Shown here: positions 10,001-18,649 of the stretch, piece by piece
Layout: each line of letters starts with the position of its first letter
Position numbering within the stretch: the first letter of the stretch is position 1
Source of the DNA: an uncultured Mycoplasma sp.
Lineage (GTDB): Bacteria; Bacillota_I; Bacilli_A; RF39; UBA660
NCBI GenBank assembly: GCA_964345805.1
Contig: CAYFSK010000002.1
Span: 9,606 to 73,605 of the forward strand
Direction of reading: 5' to 3'
Length of the DNA stretch: 64,000 bases
Notes under the pieces: model-generated
What the model was told of the DNA's origin: nothing
Seen by the model: the letters and a program-made list of their open reading frames with translations, nothing else
Database searches by the model: none
Program-made: the position numbers and the translations under genes

Positions 10001-11113
10001 TTATTTATTACCTTCTTCATTAACTTGGGATAATGATTTAACTTGAATATGATACTTAGTTAATTTATTAGCAAGTCTTATATTAGATCCTTTCTTACCA
10101 ATTGCAAGTGATAAATTATCATCAGTTACAATAGCAAGAGCTTCCTTTTTCTCTTCATCAAGAATACTTACAATAGCATCTTTAACTGGTGATAGAGCGT
10201 TTTTTATAAACTCTTCTGGATCTGGGCTATATAAAATTAAATCTATTCTTTCACTACCAAGTTCTTTTAAAATACCGGCAATACGACATCCTTTTTCACC
10301 AATACAAGCACCGATTGGATCAACTTTTTCATTATTGGAAAAAACAGCTACTTTACTTCTTATTCCTGGTTCTCTTACAACACTATATATTTCGATATCG
10401 CCATTAATAATTTCTGGAATTTCTTGTTCAAATAATCTTTTAACAAAACCATAATTACTTCTTGAAAGTTTAATAAATGGTCCTTTATTACCACTTTCAA
10501 CTTTAGTAATATATACTTTAATGTTAGATCCCATAACTATTTTTTCATCAGGAATAATTTCATTTTTAGGAAGTACTCCTCTTGTTCTACCAAGATCAAT
10601 ATAATAATTATTACGATCTTCCATAGCAACCATTCCAACCATTACTTCAAATTCTTTACCATTAAATTCTTCAACAATACTTTCTTTTTCAGCTTCTCTT
10701 ATTTTTTGAGTTAATACTTGCTTAGCAGTACCTGCTGCAACTCTTCCAAAATCTTTTGGAGTAACTTCTACTTGAATAGCATCTCCTATTTTAGCATCCG
10801 GCTTTATTTTTTGAGCTTCTTTTAAAAGAATTTGAGCATCTATATTAATTTCTGGTGGTATTTTGATAGGATTGCCCTCTTCATCAACACTATCTTCACC
10901 TTCATCAATTTCTTTAACGACAACAAAGTAAGAAAAAACTTTTATATCTCCGGTTTCTCTATCAATATCTACTAAAACATTAGTCTTAGAATCAAAATTC
11001 TTTTTATAAGCTGTTGCTAAAGCAAGTTTCAATCCTTCAAAAATTACATCTGAAGAAATATTTTTCTCTTTAACTATTAAATCTACTGCTTTAATTAATT
11101 CATTACTTTTCAT
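10001..11113 (-). CDS. nusA: transcription termination/antitermination factor NusA
   Basis: NusA N-domain, S1 and tandem KH regions (GxxGxRI, IGKKGSNIRLA). 370 aa. Confidence 0.93.
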   Translation of the reverse strand: MKSNELIKAVDLIVKEKNISSDVIFEGLKLALATAYKKNFDSKTNVLVDIDRETGDIKVFSYFVVVKEIDEGEDSVDEEGNPIKIPPEINIDAQILLKEAQKIKPDAKIGDAIQVEVTPKDFGRVAAGTAKQVLTQKIREAEKESIVEEFNGKEFEVMVGMVAMEDRNNYYIDLGRTRGVLPKNEIIPDEKIVMGSNIKVYITKVESGNKGPFIKLSRSNYGFVKRLFEQEIPEIINGDIEIYSVVREPGIRSKVAVFSNNEKVDPIGACIGEKGCRIAGILKELGSERIDLILYSPDPEEFIKNALSPVKDAIVSILDEEKKEALAIVTDDNLSLAIGKKGSNIRLANKLTKYHIQVKSLSQVNEEGNK

Positions 11114-11116
11114 TGT

Positions 11117-11362
11117 TTAACCTCTTTCCTTACTAGAAATATCTAGTATATAACTATCCTTAATAGTAACATTTTTATCAATTATAGGATTTATTATCTT
11201 AGTAGCCATAACTATTTCATCTAAATCAAGACCACCAATTTTATCAAGGGTAATTTCTAAAAAATTATATTTCCCTTTTTTTAAATATTTTATTTCATCA
11301 ACAAAAATATTGTATTCTTTTAATTTTTCATTAATAATAGTTGTTAATTTTTCATAATCCAT
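11117..11362 (-). CDS. rimP: ribosome maturation factor RimP, N-terminal domain only
   Basis: ATG at 11362 with AGGAG SD. The 81 aa match the RimP N-domain. The C-terminal domain is absent because nusA starts 4 nt downstream. Confidence 0.7.
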   Translation of the reverse strand: MDYEKLTTIINEKLKEYNIFVDEIKYLKKGKYNFLEITLDKIGGLDLDEIVMATKIINPIIDKNVTIKDSYILDISSKERG

Positions 11363-11386
11363 ATAATTCTCCTTTTTTATAAATAA

Positions 11387-11409
11387 AAGTGGGATTATGT
11401 GTCCCACTT
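11387..11409 (-). promoter_or_regulatory. leader hairpin plus U-run (attenuator-like) between the promoter and rimP
   Basis: AAGTGGGA-ttatgtg-TCCCACTT, then TTTTATTTAT just before the rimP SD. Confidence 0.45.
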
Positions 11410-11423
11410 AAAATGTCATAAGT

Positions 11424-11455
11424 ATTATAACACTCATTTAATTAAAGGTAAAGCT
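11424..11455 (-). promoter_or_regulatory. promoter of the rimP-nusA-infB operon (extended -10)
   Basis: The minus strand reads TGTTATAAT (TGn extended -10) with a weak -35 TTACCT 16 nt upstream. Confidence 0.45.
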
Positions 11456-11465
11456 TTTTCAAAGA

Positions 11466-11490
11466 AAAAGCACCATAAATGGTGCCTTTA
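11466..11490 (-). terminator. intrinsic terminator after the AGCS transporter gene
   Basis: GC-containing hairpin (GCACCA-taaa-TGGTGC with A/T extension), then TTTTTCTTT on the minus strand. Confidence 0.55.
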
Positions 11491-11496
11491 TTAACA

Positions 11497-13416
11497 TTAA
11501 TTGTTTTCCTCATTATCTGTATTTTCTTGTTCTGATGTTTCAACATTTTCTGTATTTTGTTCTAGTTTTGCTTTTTTGTTTGCTGATGTTATTTTATATA
11601 TTATTGATGCAATGTTTTTATCTGTTGCTGTTGTATAACACTTGCTAGTTGTTAAATCACAAACTTCTTCATTAACCATTACATATGTAGTTGTTTCCTT
11701 TTTAGAAGTTATTTGAATTTCTAACAAAATTTTTGTATCTATTTCTTTTGGAATAACAAGTTCACTTTCTCTTAAAGTTTCAAATGCTTCTAGTAAATCT
11801 TTAGGAATATCTTTATCTTCAAGAATAATTTCTGATTTAGGTGCATCTAGATTTTCAAAGCTTTCAATATAACTTATTTTTACTTTAGTAATTTTATTTG
11901 TAAAAGTATAACTTTTGTCATTAGGTGAAAGTTTTGGGTTTTTTCCAATATTTTTAGTTCCAAATACAACTAAAACTATAATCATTGCAACTACTATAAC
12001 AATAGCTATTATTGCTCCATAATTAATATTTTTCTTTTCTTTTATTTCATTTTTACTCATTTTAAAATCTCCTATCGTATTTATTATATTACATTTTTTA
12101 CTTTTTATAAAGTGATTTTTAACTTTTATCTCATCTTTTAACATAAATATTGCATAACTATTAATTATAATTAATGTAGCCATAAAAATATCAGTTACTT
12201 TCCATATAATAGTAGATGATGTAATTGAACCTAAAAAAATAGTAGTTCCTGCTGTTATCTTTAAAAGAAAAAGATGCTTTTTTTGAATGTTTTTAAGAAG
12301 ATATTTTAAACTTACTTCCTCATAATAATATCCCGATAGAATTGTTGAGAAGGCAAAACAAAAAATACTAAAAATTAATATTAAATTACCAAGAGTACCT
12401 AAATGATATTTAAAGGCATATATTACTATTTCTATTCCATTGGGATCAGGTACATTTAAATTTTGATAACCGCTAAGTAAAACAATAAAGGCAGTTGATG
12501 AGCATATAATAAGAGATGTTATATAAATACCAAGAGACTGAATATAACCTTCTTTTTCAGGATCGCTACTATTTCCACTTGATGCAGCTATACTTCCGGT
12601 ACCAAGACCTGCTTCACTTGAAAAAATTCCTCTTTGAACGCCAATTATAAAAACAGATAGAAAACCATATAACGAACTTTTTATATTAAAAGCATTTTTG
12701 ATAATTAAATTAAAAATGCTAGGTATTTTTTCAATGTTAATAATTATAACAATTAAAGCAAGCAAAACATAAACCAAAGACATAATAGGAACCATTTTAG
12801 ATGTTACATCACTTATCTTTTTTAAACCACTAACAATTACTATAAAAGATATTATTCCAACACCAATACCAATAAAAACTGGACTAATACCAGTAATCTC
12901 TGAGGTAACTTTAGCAATTGTATTAGACTGAATTGTCATTGAGCCAAATAAATATGTAAGTAAAATACATGCAGCATAAAAACCACCTAGTTTTGGTTTT
13001 TTAAGACCATCTTTAATATAATATGTTGGGCCTCCTTTAAAATATGTTTTACCATCTTTAGTTTTATATTTTATTCCTAAATAAGTTTCTACAAAAGCTA
13101 AAATTGCACTTACAAAAGAAATAAACCAAATCCAAAAAACGGTTCCAGGACCACCTAAATAAATAGCAAGAGCAACACCAGCAATAGAACCAATACCAAT
13201 TCTTCCAGCTAAAGATAGCATTAAAGTTTTAAAAGAATTAAGCCCTTTAGTATTATCTTCTTTTTTTAAAAAATACTTAAACATCTTTTTAAAGTTAAGA
13301 TGGGCAAAATTTAATTTAAAAGAAAAATAAAAACTAACAATAAAAATTATCATCGTTGCTATAAGCCATAAAATATTACCTGCGTTAGTTAGTAAAACTT
13401 GGATTGTTTCTTTCAT
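11497..13416 (-). CDS. alanine/glycine:cation symporter (AGCS family) with a ~190-aa C-terminal extension
   Basis: Multi-TM AGCS-like core of about 450 aa. It continues in frame through an extra TM (GAIIAIVIVVAMIIVLVVFG) into a soluble, acidic-tailed domain. Confidence 0.8.
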   Translation of the reverse strand: MKETIQVLLTNAGNILWLIATMIIFIVSFYFSFKLNFAHLNFKKMFKYFLKKEDNTKGLNSFKTLMLSLAGRIGIGSIAGVALAIYLGGPGTVFWIWFISFVSAILAFVETYLGIKYKTKDGKTYFKGGPTYYIKDGLKKPKLGGFYAACILLTYLFGSMTIQSNTIAKVTSEITGISPVFIGIGVGIISFIVIVSGLKKISDVTSKMVPIMSLVYVLLALIVIIINIEKIPSIFNLIIKNAFNIKSSLYGFLSVFIIGVQRGIFSSEAGLGTGSIAASSGNSSDPEKEGYIQSLGIYITSLIICSSTAFIVLLSGYQNLNVPDPNGIEIVIYAFKYHLGTLGNLILIFSIFCFAFSTILSGYYYEEVSLKYLLKNIQKKHLFLLKITAGTTIFLGSITSSTIIWKVTDIFMATLIIINSYAIFMLKDEIKVKNHFIKSKKCNIINTIGDFKMSKNEIKEKKNINYGAIIAIVIVVAMIIVLVVFGTKNIGKNPKLSPNDKSYTFTNKITKVKISYIESFENLDAPKSEIILEDKDIPKDLLEAFETLRESELVIPKEIDTKILLEIQITSKKETTTYVMVNEEVCDLTTSKCYTTATDKNIASIIYKITSANKKAKLEQNTENVETSEQENTDNEENN

Positions 13417-13465
13417 GAATATCCTTACTATTATATATTACAAAATAATATTATAAATTTCAATC

Positions 13466-13492
13466 AATAAAAAAAGGTAATTGCTTACCTTT
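13466..13492 (-). terminator. intrinsic terminator after ftsZ
   Basis: AAAGGTAA-ttgc-TTACCTTT followed by a T-run on the minus strand. Confidence 0.6.
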
Positions 13493-14546
13493 AATCATTA
13501 TTTCTTAAAAAAGGAGGAATTTCATAATCATTATCTAAAAGTTCTGGTGTTTTTCTTTTAGGAAGTTCATCAGGTGCAAATAACGCCTCAGTAGCAACTT
13601 CTTTATCAAAGCCAGCTGCTATTACAGTAACAATTACTTCATCTTGAAGATTATCATTTTTAATAGCACCAAAGATAATATTTACTTCTCCTTGAGCTGC
13701 TTCTCTTACAGTTTCAACAGCGGTTTCTATTTCAAATAAAGCAAGATTGCTTCCTCCTGTTACGTTAACAATAGCATTTTTTGCTCCTTCAATAGTTTCT
13801 TCTAGTAAAGAATTTGATACAGCTTGTCTTGCAGCTTCAACAGCTCTATTTTCACCGGCAGCACAACCAATTCCAATAAGGGCAGTTCCACTTTTTTGCA
13901 TTACGGTATTTACGTCAGCAAAATCAAGGTTAATAACCCCTGGAACAGCTATTAAATCAGAAATAGATTGAACACCACGGTGTAAAACATTGTCTACTTC
14001 TTTAAATGCATCATCAAAGGAAGTTGTTTTATCAATAATATCTCTTAATCTATCATTAGGAATAACGATTAAAGAGTCAACATGCTTACGTAGTTCTTCA
14101 AGACCTATTAAAGCATTTTCCATTCTTCTTTTTCCCTCAAATCTAAATGGTTTAGTAACAATACCAACAGTAAGTGCCCCTTGTTCTTGAGCTATTTCTG
14201 CAACAATTGGTGCTGCTCCTGTACCAGTTCCACCACCAAGGCCACAAGCAACAAAAACCATATCAGCTCCATCTAAAGCTTCTTCAATTTCTTGTTTACT
14301 TTCAAGGGCAGATGCTCTTCCTACTTCAGGATTTGCTCCAGCACCTCTTCCTCCAGTAATACTTTTACCAATTTGAATTTTATGTTCTGCTTTAGAAGCA
14401 TCTAAAGCTTGCTTATCAGTGTTAACTACATAAAATTCTACGCTTTGTACTCCTTCTTCAATCATTCTATTAACGGCGTTGTTTCCACCACCACCGACAC
14501 CAACAACTTTAATCTTTGCAACTTGATCAATTACTAAATTTGTCAT
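13491..14546 (-). CDS. ftsZ: cell division GTPase FtsZ
   Basis: GGGTGTG tubulin signature and the NTDKQAL motif. ftsA is upstream. Confidence 0.95.
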   Translation of the reverse strand: MTNLVIDQVAKIKVVGVGGGGNNAVNRMIEEGVQSVEFYVVNTDKQALDASKAEHKIQIGKSITGGRGAGANPEVGRASALESKQEIEEALDGADMVFVACGLGGGTGTGAAPIVAEIAQEQGALTVGIVTKPFRFEGKRRMENALIGLEELRKHVDSLIVIPNDRLRDIIDKTTSFDDAFKEVDNVLHRGVQSISDLIAVPGVINLDFADVNTVMQKSGTALIGIGCAAGENRAVEAARQAVSNSLLEETIEGAKNAIVNVTGGSNLALFEIETAVETVREAAQGEVNIIFGAIKNDNLQDEVIVTVIAAGFDKEVATEALFAPDELPKRKTPELLDNDYEIPPFLRNND

Positions 14547-14555
14547 TCTTCCTCC

Positions 14556-15800
14556 TTAATTATCAAAAAAATATCCAAATACTTTTCCTAATAATGAACT
14601 ATCTGATATATTTACTCTTTTATTCTTTCCACTAAATTCATTTTCTTCATCTTCTGAAAAGATGGAAAAATCTACATTTCTTAATTTTAATCTACTATTA
14701 TAATATTTAAGCATTCCAACTGCTACACTATATTTATTATACCTTGCACCAATTTGTTTAACCATACCTATTTGTGCAAGATTTCCAAAACAACCTTTAA
14801 GAAGAGTATCAAAGCCTTTTATCTTAGTAACTCCTCCTGTTACAATTATATAACTTATTTCTTTTTTTGTTAAGAGGCTAATTTGCTTTTTAACTAAATT
14901 AAGTATCTCATTTATTCTAGAAATTGCAACTGCTGATGCATCATACTGTGTTATTTTTATATCTTTTTCATTTATGTCTTTGATATTAACAAATTCTCCA
15001 GGACTTGCATTTTTAATATCACATACTACAAGCCTTTCTTTTAATTCTCCAGATGTTTTCTTATTTATTTTAAAAATATATGAAAGATCATTATCTATAT
15101 TTTGAGCACCAATATCAATAACCTCTGATGCTGTTAATATCCCTTTGTTAAAAATTGATACCTCTGTTTTAGAATGACCAATATTTACAATAGCCCCAAC
15201 AATCTTATCCATATCATCTGTTTTGAACTGATAAAAATCACATAAAGGGTTTACACATATATCAGTTACCTTTATTTTTAACTCTTCAAAAGCATTAACT
15301 ATATTTTCAACATTCTTTTTAGGAACTACTGCTATTACATCACTAACCGTTAATTTATTAGCAACCATATTTATTGGCGAAGAAACTTGCTTTTCATCAT
15401 TTAAAAAAAACTTTGTTGGCATAATACTTACAAGTTCTTTATTAGCATCTATCTTATTATAAATACTAGCTTGCATAGCTTTAACTAAATGTTTATGATT
15501 AATAACTTTATCTTCATTATTAATATTTACCGATCCACTTGAAATAAAACAACCAAGACCATAACTTGGTACGTTAACAAGAGTTTCTTTTAATGGTATA
15601 CCAAGCATTTCTTCGGTTCTTAAAAAGGCTTCTTTTAAGGCAGAACAAGCACTTTCAAAATTTACAATATAACCATTTTTAATTCCCTGTGATGGAATAT
15701 TTACACAAGATAAAATATTAAGCTTGTCCTTTTGGAATTCTCCAACTACAAGCTTAATAGAATTTGTTCCTATATCAAGACTAGAGATGATTCTTCTCAT
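14556..15800 (-). CDS. ftsA: cell division protein FtsA
   Basis: Actin-like ATPase N-terminus (SLDIGTNSIKLVVGE). 414 aa, directly upstream of ftsZ. Confidence 0.9.
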   Translation of the reverse strand: MRRIISSLDIGTNSIKLVVGEFQKDKLNILSCVNIPSQGIKNGYIVNFESACSALKEAFLRTEEMLGIPLKETLVNVPSYGLGCFISSGSVNINNEDKVINHKHLVKAMQASIYNKIDANKELVSIMPTKFFLNDEKQVSSPINMVANKLTVSDVIAVVPKKNVENIVNAFEELKIKVTDICVNPLCDFYQFKTDDMDKIVGAIVNIGHSKTEVSIFNKGILTASEVIDIGAQNIDNDLSYIFKINKKTSGELKERLVVCDIKNASPGEFVNIKDINEKDIKITQYDASAVAISRINEILNLVKKQISLLTKKEISYIIVTGGVTKIKGFDTLLKGCFGNLAQIGMVKQIGARYNKYSVAVGMLKYYNSRLKLRNVDFSIFSEDEENEFSGKNKRVNISDSSLLGKVFGYFFDN

Positions 15801-15902
15801 ATTCCACCTATTTTTATCATATTAATTATATCTAAAAGTCCCATTAATATCAAGTATCAGACATCAATATATCTTTTTTTTATATAATTTCTTGCATATA
15901 AA

Positions 15903-15922
15903 AAGACTAGTTAACTAGTCTT
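15903..15922 (-). terminator. perfect 20-nt palindrome terminator
   Basis: AAGACTAGTTAACTAGTCTT, followed by TTTTATAT on the minus strand at the end of ORF 15907..16242. Confidence 0.55.
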
Positions 15923-16242
15923 AATACTGTTGGTAATTCTTCATCAAGGCTACTGTCTTTATTTGGAAAAATCTTATGTATGAAACTTCTAAAAATGTTT
16001 ATTCCCTCTTTTGTCGCTTGTAACAAGGCTATATCTTTTTGTAATTTAGCTTTATCATCATCAATACTTTTTAAAACATACTCTTCATATTTACATCTTA
16101 AAAAAGCCATTTTCTCAATATTAGATAGATTATTATAGTTTTCTATACAATAATATGGATCGCTTGCTGTTTTAATATAATTGCGTAAGGTAAGATCTTC
16201 TTTTGATATAGCGTCTTCTACAACAGATAGATTTTCTCCCAA
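15907..16242 (-). CDS. hypothetical protein
   Basis: 111-aa ORF with a TTG start. It is followed by a perfect palindromic terminator. Confidence 0.4.
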   Translation of the reverse strand: MGENLSVVEDAISKEDLTLRNYIKTASDPYYCIENYNNLSNIEKMAFLRCKYEEYVLKSIDDDKAKLQKDIALLQATKEGINIFRSFIHKIFPNKDSSLDEELPTVLRLVN

Positions 16243-16287
16243 AGCAATTCTTATTTCCTTTTCTTTTTCATATAGTCTTTCTCTTTC

Positions 16288-16359
16288 TTAAAATATTGTG
16301 CTTGGTATGCTTCCTTCTATTTCACCACAAGCTATTTTTTCAAATATATTTTTTTCCAT
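16288..16359 (-). pseudogene. remnant of a HIT-family (histidine triad) gene N-terminus
   Basis: A 23-aa ATG ORF, MEKNIFEKIACGEIEGSIPSTIF, with GGGGA SD. It mimics the HIT N-terminus (CIFCKI..GEIP) and then stops. Confidence 0.35.
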
Positions 16360-16425
16360 ATTTTTCCCCTTAAATATTTCAATATATGTTAATATTAAGT
16401 CCAATAAAAGTCAATTTTATGTAAA

Positions 16426-17091
16426 CTATCTATGTTTACTTCTAACTTTTTCTTCTACAAGTGCTATGTTATTTAAAATTTCTTGTTCTATTATATTTCT
16501 TGGTGTTAGTATCTGATAAAACAAATCTTTTGTATTCAAACAATATAAAACTTCTTGCATAAAGCCACTTATTCCCCCATATAAACCAGCAATTAACCTG
16601 TTAGGACATACTTTATCTTTTATAAAACTTCTTCTTCTTGTATCTAAGTGAGTTATAACATTATCAAGTGGTATATTCCATTTTACCATTAATGTTGCAA
16701 CCAGTTTAGCTTGATTATGAAGAGCATCATCATAAGATATGCCTTCACAAATTAATCTTTCTACACCAATGCTTTTAAAATTAAATGGGGTTCCCGTATG
16801 ACAAGCAACCTCATTATCAGGAATAAATCTATAAATCATTTTATCACCAACAAGATAATGATAACCAATTCTATCACCATTTAAGCCATCAACAAGTATT
16901 TTATTAGCATAATGAGTCATATCATATTCTTTTGGACTTTTACCAAGACCAAGAGATACTTCATGAATAACAATATATTCCGGCTTTTGCACTATTAGTT
17001 GTCTATTAGTACAGCCATATTTAGGTAATAATAAATCTTTAATTTCGCTATGCCAACTATTTTCAGTTGTATTTGTATAAAACTTTTTCAT
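16426..17091 (-). CDS. N-acetylmuramoyl-L-alanine amidase, Amidase_2/AmpD-like, cytoplasmic
   Basis: Amidase_2 motifs (IVIHEVS, HYLVG, ACHTG, K..CP) and no signal peptide. ATG at 17091 with AAAGGGGA SD is preferred over the longer TTG ORF. Confidence 0.7.
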   Translation of the reverse strand: MKKFYTNTTENSWHSEIKDLLLPKYGCTNRQLIVQKPEYIVIHEVSLGLGKSPKEYDMTHYANKILVDGLNGDRIGYHYLVGDKMIYRFIPDNEVACHTGTPFNFKSIGVERLICEGISYDDALHNQAKLVATLMVKWNIPLDNVITHLDTRRRSFIKDKVCPNRLIAGLYGGISGFMQEVLYCLNTKDLFYQILTPRNIIEQEILNNIALVEEKVRSKHR

Positions 17092-17156
17092 ATAAATCCC
17101 CTTTTTTGTAGCTATTATGCTAACACAAACCCCATAAAAAGTCAATTTAGACATTA

Positions 17157-17180
17157 AAAAAAGCAGTTATGCTGCTTTCT
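17157..17180 (-). terminator. intrinsic terminator after rplT
   Basis: AAAGCAG-ttatg-CTGCTTT overlapping the stop. A T-run follows on the minus strand. Confidence 0.5.
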
Positions 17181-17718
17181 TTGTAGTATTCTTTTTAGCT
17201 ACTGAAGTTTTCTTAGGTGCTGGTTTTTTTGTAACAGGTTTTTTAACTGCTTTTTTAACTTCTTCTTTCTTAACTTCAGTTTTTACTTCTTCTTTCTTAG
17301 TTTCTATTTTAATTTCTTCCTTCTTAGGTTCTTTCTTAACTTCAGCAGGAACAACTTTTTCACCATTTAATGCTTTTTTTGCAGTCTCAATTAATGCTAA
17401 AAATGCTTTTTCATCATTAATTGCAAGTTCTGATAACATCTTACGATTTATTTCAATACCTGCAAGTGCAAGACCATTAATAAATTTAGAATAACTAAGA
17501 TCATTGTTACGGCATGCTGCATTAATTCTTGTAATCCAAAGTTTTCTAAAATTTCTCTTATTTTGTTTACGATCTCTATATGCATATGCACCACTATGGA
17601 ATAATTGTTCTTGAGCTGTTTTATATAATCTATGTTTACTTCCAAAATAACCTTTAGCTTGTTTTAATACTTTTCTTCTTCTGTTTTTTGCAACAGGTCC
17701 ACGTTTAACTCTTGCCAT
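17167..17718 (-). CDS. rplT: 50S ribosomal protein L20 with a ~65-aa Lys/Glu/Pro-rich C-terminal extension
   Basis: Conserved L20 core ([25 protein letters not shown]...IETAKKAL). It is followed by a KKEEVK/KKPxxKK histone-H1-like tail. Confidence 0.9.
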   Translation of the reverse strand: MARVKRGPVAKNRRRKVLKQAKGYFGSKHRLYKTAQEQLFHSGAYAYRDRKQNKRNFRKLWITRINAACRNNDLSYSKFINGLALAGIEINRKMLSELAINDEKAFLALIETAKKALNGEKVVPAEVKKEPKKEEIKIETKKEEVKTEVKKEEVKKAVKKPVTKKPAPKKTSVAKKNTTKKAA

Positions 17719-17728
17719 AATACCCCTC

Positions 17729-17923
17729 CTATATTACATTAGAAAGTCTTTTTGCTTGTCCACTTTCTAATACTCCTTTATTTCTTCTTTGTCTTACTAC
17801 CTTGCTTGAATCTTTAGCAGTTTTATGGTTTCCACCACTCTTTTTATAAACTAGAGAGCCATTTTTCTTTTTTCTTAATACTTTGCTACTAGCCTTATGA
17901 GTTTTTTGTTTACTTTTTGCCAT
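17729..17923 (-). CDS. rpmI: 50S ribosomal protein L35
   Basis: [22 protein letters not shown]... is typical L35. ATG at 17923. It sits between infC and rplT. Confidence 0.85.
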   Translation of the reverse strand: MAKSKQKTHKASSKVLRKKKNGSLVYKKSGGNHKTAKDSSKVVRQRRNKGVLESGQAKRLSNVI

Positions 17924-17939
17924 GTTATATACATCCTTT

Positions 17940-18461
17940 CTATTTCTTAGGAGCAAGCATCATATATACTTGTCTTCCATCCATTTGAGGTTTTGTTTCA
18001 ATATCTGCTACCTCAGATAATGCATCTGCAAATCTCAAAAGAACTGCTTTACCTAATTCAGGGTGAGCTATTTGTCTTCCTTTAAAACGAATAAATGCTT
18101 TAATTTTATGACCTTTTTTAAGATAATTTTCAGCATTTCTTCTTCTTGTTTCAAAATCACCGACATCAATTGTAACCGATAAACGATATTCTTTTACTTC
18201 CTTACTTGTTTCTCTTTGTTTTTTCAAAGCTTCTTTTTGTTTCTTTTGTTTTTCATAACGGCATTTATTATAATCCATTATTTTTGCAACTGCTGGTTTA
18301 GCCTCTGCGCTTACTAAAACTAAATCTAGTCCTGCAAAAGACGCAACCGTTAATGCATCTTCAAGGTTTTTAATTCCTAATTTTTCTCCATTTGGTCCAA
18401 TAACCATTAATTCAGGTATTTTAATTTGTTCGTTTATTGGTAGTTCTTCAATCTTTGCTAT
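17940..18461 (-). CDS. infC: translation initiation factor IF-3, probable non-AUG (AUA) start
   Basis: IF3 N- and C-domains are present (INEQIKIPELMVIGPNGEKLGI...MLAPKK). IF3-like alignment begins at IAKIEEL. That codon is ATA at 18459-18461, 9 nt after GGAGG. Confidence 0.85.
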   Translation of the reverse strand: MAKIEELPINEQIKIPELMVIGPNGEKLGIKNLEDALTVASFAGLDLVLVSAEAKPAVAKIMDYNKCRYEKQKKQKEALKKQRETSKEVKEYRLSVTIDVGDFETRRRNAENYLKKGHKIKAFIRFKGRQIAHPELGKAVLLRFADALSEVADIETKPQMDGRQVYMMLAPKK

Positions 18462-18488
18462 GTTTCCTCGCCTCCATTTACAATTTAA

Positions 18489-18512
18489 AAGATGGATATT
18501 AATATCCATCTT
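18489..18512. repeat. 24-nt perfect palindrome in the infC leader
   Basis: AAGATGGATATTAATATCCATCTT. It contains an ATG that the ORF track took as start, located about 40 nt upstream of the likely AUA start. Confidence 0.6.
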
Positions 18513-18619
18513 AAAAAACTCAAATCAACCGCTCTTTGCGGTATTTTAGGTTCTTTACCCATTGATTACTACTCAATAAGGTGGATATTTAAAATCGCTT
18601 TCCTTCAAATAACGATTAT

Positions 18620-18648
18620 ATATTACACTAATTTTATCGTTTTGTCAA
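18620..18648 (-). promoter_or_regulatory. infC-rpmI-rplT operon promoter
   Basis: The minus strand reads TTGACA-17nt-TAATAT directly after the serpin stop. Confidence 0.6.
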
Positions 18649-18649
18649 A

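Noticed and set aside
16426-17154. Prophage endolysin interpretation of the Amidase_2 gene
   Set aside because: No holin, capsid, tail or integrase genes nearby, and no signal peptide or cell-wall-binding domain. It is flanked by rplT and ftsA. An AmpD-like recycling amidase is more parsimonious.
17448-17645. Minus-strand ORF of 65 aa overlapping rplT in another frame
   Set aside because: It lies out of frame within the conserved L20 coding sequence.
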